Assembly: GCA_963762565.1 (NCBI GenBank) | Contig: CAVXLD010000004.1 | Location: 64,001-128,000, forward strand | Direction of reading: 5' to 3' | Source of the DNA: an uncultured Verrucomicrobiae bacterium | GTDB lineage: Bacteria; Verrucomicrobiota; Verrucomicrobiia; Chthoniobacterales; JAFAMB01 | DNA length: 64,000 bases | Shown: in pieces, positions 59,897-64,000 of the stretch | Layout of the letters: the number at the start of each line of letters is the position of its first letter | How positions within the stretch are numbered: the stretch's first letter is position 1 | The notes under the pieces: model-generated | Told to the model about the DNA's origin: nothing | Databases searched by the model: none | Seen by the model: only the letters and a program-made list of their open reading frames with translations | Made by a program: the position numbers and the translations under genes

Positions 59897-60152
59897 CGTT
59901 CTCGTCCTCGTCCTCGACTTTGCTAGGGCGAGGCTCCCGAATTGTCCAACGGTTCGAACGAAGCGTTCGGTAATACCCGCCTCTATCGCGCCGTTACGTC
60001 TGGAATCGCGCCGAGCCGTGGTCCATCGTGGGCCACGGCTCGGCGCGTCTTTCGGCCTTGCTCATTCAACTCTCGGCGTTCGCACGGTGCACCCTTGGTC
60101 AATCGTCGCGCTATTCGGGAGCCTCGCCCTACCAAAGTCGAGGACGAGAACG
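59897..60152. repeat. REPIN family A (59923-60133) nested in inverted TCGTCC hexamer arrays
   Basis: cgttctcgtcctcgtcctcgactt ... aagtcgaggacgagaacg. Confidence 0.85.
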
Positions 60153-60242
60153 ATTGACGGGGGTGCGTGCACAGCTGGTGGATCCATCACAAATCATTTG
60201 GACCTTTAGATCCTCCATGTCCCTCACATGCGTACCTATAAC

Positions 60243-60635
60243 ATGAAACGATTGATCCTTTTAGGCTGGCTATTCTGGGCGGTGATCGCTAACGCGGGAC
60301 AGCCAGTATTACAGTTCAACATGACGAGCACCGGCGGCGCACCGGTTACTTACGTCTTCAATCTTCCAGACGACTATCTTGCAGCTCAGCCCCCGGTCGA
60401 AGACCTGCATGGGAAGCTACAACATCAAGCTGGTGTCGCCGCAATAACTTGGGCAAAGGACTTTTACGGCGCCCGTGATGTGTTTCTGACCGGCGTTGAT
60501 CTTAAAGAATCACCAGCTCCTTATTTCTTGGCGAAGTTCAATGGTGAGGTCGGCGGTCAACGCCAAGAATTTTACGCTGTGGTACTTGTGTCCGGTACGA
60601 TAGTGGAGCCAAGCCAACTGGTAGCCGCTCAATAG
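60243..60635 (+). CDS. Hypothetical secreted protein
   Basis: MKRLILLGWLFWAVIANA signal peptide. Confidence 0.7.
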   Translation: MKRLILLGWLFWAVIANAGQPVLQFNMTSTGGAPVTYVFNLPDDYLAAQPPVEDLHGKLQHQAGVAAITWAKDFYGARDVFLTGVDLKESPAPYFLAKFNGEVGGQRQEFYAVVLVSGTIVEPSQLVAAQ

Positions 60636-60651
60636 CCAGCCCGCCAGCCCT

Positions 60652-61482
60652 CTATTTAAGTCCGGCGGCAGCCATCACGCCTTGCGTGACCCTCTTTTGG
60701 AACAACAGATAAGCGGCTGCCGTCGGAATCGATGCTAAAACACCTGTGGCGCAGATTTTAGCAAAAGCGACCCCGTAAGCTGACTGAACCTGAGTCATCC
60801 CGACCGGAACCGTGAGCATCGGAGTCGAGTTGGTAACAATCAGCGGCCACAAGAAATTGTTCCAAGCGCCGATAAAGATGATGATGCTCATCGCCCAGAC
60901 AATGCTCCAGTTAACGGGTAGATAAATCTTGAAGAGAATCTTGAACTCGCTCGCCCCATCGATCAGGGCGGCGTCACGAAAATCGCGAGGCACTTCGTCG
61001 AAGAACTGCTTAAAGACGATCACCGCCAACGGAGTAGCCACTTGCGGAGCAATTAAACCGGCAAAGGTATTCACGAAATTGAGCTGCGTCATAAACATAA
61101 ACAGCGGAACCGCCATCGTGGCGAAGGGCAGCATAAAACCCACCAGCAAGGCCGCATAAAGCAACCGTTTTCCCCAAAACTCAAGCCGGGAGAGCGCGTA
61201 CGCGCACATGAGGGAACAGAGAATACATAAGAAAGTCACACTAACTGACGTGATGACAGTATTGAGGTACCAGCGAAAGAACGGGCTATTCTGGATAATA
61301 TAGACAAAAGCGTCAAAGTTAGGCGGCCAGGGAAAAAGGGTGGGCGGGTTAACAATCGTATCCGTTTCAGCTTTCAGAGAGGTGGCTCCCATCCAATAGA
61401 CCGGAAAGAGCCACGCGATCGCGAGGATCACCGTAAAGACAGTGCAAACAATTCCTAAGATCGATGGTTTTCCGGTTTTCAT
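60652..61482 (-). CDS. Carbohydrate ABC permease (MalG-type)
   Basis: DAALIDGA EAA loop, WNNFLWPL. Confidence 0.92.
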   Translation of the reverse strand: MKTGKPSILGIVCTVFTVILAIAWLFPVYWMGATSLKAETDTIVNPPTLFPWPPNFDAFVYIIQNSPFFRWYLNTVITSVSVTFLCILCSLMCAYALSRLEFWGKRLLYAALLVGFMLPFATMAVPLFMFMTQLNFVNTFAGLIAPQVATPLAVIVFKQFFDEVPRDFRDAALIDGASEFKILFKIYLPVNWSIVWAMSIIIFIGAWNNFLWPLIVTNSTPMLTVPVGMTQVQSAYGVAFAKICATGVLASIPTAAAYLLFQKRVTQGVMAAAGLK

Positions 61483-62369
61483 CTGACCGGTTTGACGCGC
61501 AGCAGGCGCGACTGAACAAGGGAGACAACTACAATGATTACTACGAGAGCTATCGCCACCGCGGAGGCGTATCCTCCTCGACCCTGTTGGAATGCCTCTC
61601 GGTACATGTAAAGCAGCACCACCGTGGTAGCATTGGACGGCCCGCCGAATGTCAGCAGATAGACCTGATCAAAGATTTTAAATTGAGCGATCAGCTGCAG
61701 AATCAGAACCAGGCTAGCCACAGGCCAGATCAAAGGACAGGTCACAAATAGAAACCGCTGGAAACCGGTAGCCCCATCGAGAGCTGCGGCTTCGTAGTAT
61801 TCGAGCGGAATATTTTGGAGCCCGGCGATAAACAGCAGCATGTTAAACCCAACCGTCCACCAGATGGTAACCAAAGCGACGCCCGGCATGGCAAAACCAG
61901 CATCTCCGAACCAAGCGGTGTTGGTCCCGAGCAGATTATTCACGATGCCAAAATTCGCATCTAACATCCAAAGAGCGATGCAGTTGGTAACAACGCTCAC
62001 GGGAAGCACGTAGGGCAAGAAAAGAGCCGATAAGATCGGCAGACGCAGGCGCTTCAACCGCAACACAAGCAGCGCTAAAAAGAACCCGACGGCGGTGTTA
62101 GGAACCACCGTCAAAACAACAAAATAAACGGTGTGCCCCACCGCCACCCAAAATTCCTGGTCGAAAATTAGTTCGTGGTAGTTAGCCAGCCCAGTGAAAT
62201 GGCCCTGTCCGGCGATGTCGGAGTTCGTTAAACTCAGGTAAACGACCCGCAACGCCGGATAAATCAGGAACAATACGTAGAACAACAGAAACGGGCCAAC
62301 AAACGCGTACGCGACCCAGGCATTCCTCTTCCGCTTATTCTGTGAGCCGTTCGGTTCAGCTGGCGGCAT
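61479..62369 (-). CDS. Carbohydrate ABC permease (MalF-type)
   Basis: AGLQNIP...YEAAALDGA, FKIFDQ...GGP. Confidence 0.92.
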   Translation of the reverse strand: MPPAEPNGSQNKRKRNAWVAYAFVGPFLLFYVLFLIYPALRVVYLSLTNSDIAGQGHFTGLANYHELIFDQEFWVAVGHTVYFVVLTVVPNTAVGFFLALLVLRLKRLRLPILSALFLPYVLPVSVVTNCIALWMLDANFGIVNNLLGTNTAWFGDAGFAMPGVALVTIWWTVGFNMLLFIAGLQNIPLEYYEAAALDGATGFQRFLFVTCPLIWPVASLVLILQLIAQFKIFDQVYLLTFGGPSNATTVVLLYMYREAFQQGRGGYASAVAIALVVIIVVVSLVQSRLLRVKPVR

Positions 62370-62425
62370 TGCGGGAGGAACCGACTCTGAGTAAGTTTGG
62401 GAACGCGTAGCGCGTTACTTGACTG

Positions 62426-63733
62426 TTACTGTTGCTGCTTCTGGAATTTTTCCAGCTCGTCCGTGAACTGTTTCATGGACTGATCGACGGGGGCCTGTCC
62501 ATTGACCGCCGGCACCAAGAAGTTGCTGATGGGAACAAATGTCGGTCCACCAACACCGAAAATTGGCAGCGTCGGCTCGAACGCCAGATCTTTGGCTGCC
62601 TGAGCACTATATTCGTTGTTGGGAACCATCTGCTTAAAAGCGTCACTCTCTTGTACCGGCAGATAGGCAGGGATATGACCGCCGCCAGCCCAATCCACTT
62701 GTTTAACCACGAAGGCGATAAACTTGAGCGCCGCTGCCACTTTTTCCGGAGTAGGCGGAGTTTTGTCGTTGTTGGGAATCGCCAACTGATGAGAATCGGC
62801 CCAGGTTTCTTGGTTATCGAACAGCTTAGGGAAAGCCACCACTCCGTAGTCGAAAGGCAACTTACCCGACTTTTTCAGGTCAACGAGGGTCGGCACCTCC
62901 CAGTTACCATTGATCATGAAATCGGACCGTGCGGCCGTAAAAAGAGCCACCATTGACGCGTAACCGACGTTTTTCGGAATCAGGCCTTCCTTGGACCAGT
63001 CCGCCATGATCTGTAACGACTTAATTCCCTGAACGTTCACATCGTCAAAGCTGAGTTTGCCGTTTTTAACGAAATCCCCGCCCTGCTGTACGAAGAAGGT
63101 GTACCAGATGCGCCAAAGAGAGGCTGGATCCTGAGAGAAAATATTGGCCGAAATTGGGATTAAATGAGTCTTGGTCTTAGCATCCGTTAACATCTTGGTA
63201 AACGCCGCGAGACTATCGAGACCGGTGGGTTTACCGTCAGCATCGAGCAAGCCTGCTTTACCTAGAGCGGTCTTATTGTAATACAGGACGAGGGTATGGA
63301 TATCCAGAGGGACGCCAAACAGTTGATCGGTTCCTCCATACGTCTTGCTAATTTCAAGAGATCTTTGAACCAACGAAGCCTGGAAATCAGAAGCTTTGAG
63401 ACCGGCTGCCGCTAGTTCTTCCGTGGTAAACGGCCGCAAATCTTTGGCCTGAATACCCGCCGGAAAATGCGACAGATGGTAGGTCATCACATCCGGGGTC
63501 TGGCCGGCAACCACACCGGTATGGACCTTGGTGTAGAATGGCTCGCCCCAAGTCAGAGTCGATTCATTGACATGAATGTCGCTCTGACTTTTGTTGAACG
63601 CTTCAACAATCTGTTTCATGCGGATGCCATCTCCGCCACCAAGGAAGTCCCAATAAGTCAGTTCCAACGGCGCTGCGGAAGCGAACGCCGAAAGGCAAAA
63701 AGCACCAGCAATAGCGGGAATAACTGTTTTCAT
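62426..63733 (-). CDS. Carbohydrate ABC substrate-binding protein
   Basis: Signal peptide, WDFLGGGDG, VPLDIH...YYNK, NGNW, WADSH. Confidence 0.9.
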   Translation of the reverse strand: MKTVIPAIAGAFCLSAFASAAPLELTYWDFLGGGDGIRMKQIVEAFNKSQSDIHVNESTLTWGEPFYTKVHTGVVAGQTPDVMTYHLSHFPAGIQAKDLRPFTTEELAAAGLKASDFQASLVQRSLEISKTYGGTDQLFGVPLDIHTLVLYYNKTALGKAGLLDADGKPTGLDSLAAFTKMLTDAKTKTHLIPISANIFSQDPASLWRIWYTFFVQQGGDFVKNGKLSFDDVNVQGIKSLQIMADWSKEGLIPKNVGYASMVALFTAARSDFMINGNWEVPTLVDLKKSGKLPFDYGVVAFPKLFDNQETWADSHQLAIPNNDKTPPTPEKVAAALKFIAFVVKQVDWAGGGHIPAYLPVQESDAFKQMVPNNEYSAQAAKDLAFEPTLPIFGVGGPTFVPISNFLVPAVNGQAPVDQSMKQFTDELEKFQKQQQ

Positions 63734-63823
63734 GGAAGGGGAACGGGGGATTATTTCGATATAAAAAGAAAAAGGTCCGTCTTCAAGGGATGATTTGTAA
63801 AAGTCCACGCTTCAGCAGGTTTT

Positions 63824-64000
63824 TCAGTAGCTAAGGGTCAGTACATCCCAAGACAGCGCCGGCATTCGCAGCGTGAAGCTATCACCGCGCAACGAGAAAT
63901 CCTGATGGGCTTGGGGCACAACCGCGTCTGGAGCACTGGCGGTGTTCGTCTGTTGCAAATTGCTTCCAGTCACTCTTTGCCCGGCGGCTTTGCCGAAAGC
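63824..64000 (-). CDS. C-terminal end of a probable GH51 alpha-L-arabinofuranosidase (5' part outside the window)
   Basis: Hand translation ...NLQQTNTASAPDAVVP...LRMPALSWDVLTLSY*, resembling GH51 C-termini; upstream of the sugar ABC genes. Confidence 0.55.
   Translation of the reverse strand, partial: AFGKAAGQRVTGSNLQQTNTASAPDAVVPQAHQDFSLRGDSFTLRMPALSWDVLTLSY

Overview
Bacterial chromosomal window; the gene and repeat style suggests a soil Verrucomicrobiota (Chthoniobacterales-like) genome, which is an inference. The backbone is ordinary: SWIM-SNF2 helicase, orphan ParA, two aldo/keto reductase paralogues, an opp peptide ABC operon with an M3 peptidase, glycogen debranching enzyme, gpmI, cysI and a sugar ABC operon. 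Four things stand out. (1) A ~15-kb element (34024-49053) is integrated at tRNA-Gln(UUG) between exact 44-bp direct repeats. It carries a tyrosine integrase, a Xis-like gene, an iteron/hairpin origin-like block, a frameshift-split prohead protease-scaffold with no recognisable capsid, terminase, portal or tail, and candidate defence cargo (HEPN-motif and DUF6680-like proteins). It looks like a phage satellite. (2) A ykkC-yxkD family riboswitch with non-guanidine (subtype-2-like) signatures lies ahead of an EamA transporter. (3) Several REP/REPIN families are present. Three of them have a near-fixed-length 60-73 nt variable insert in the hairpin loop, one flanks a frameshifted RAYT transposase, and one REPIN is read in-frame in a signal peptide. 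(4) Nested inverted short-tandem-repeat elements fill many intergenic regions. Several accessory genes carry 1-nt frameshifts that could be decay or assembly indels. All family calls come from motif recognition by eye, not database searches.
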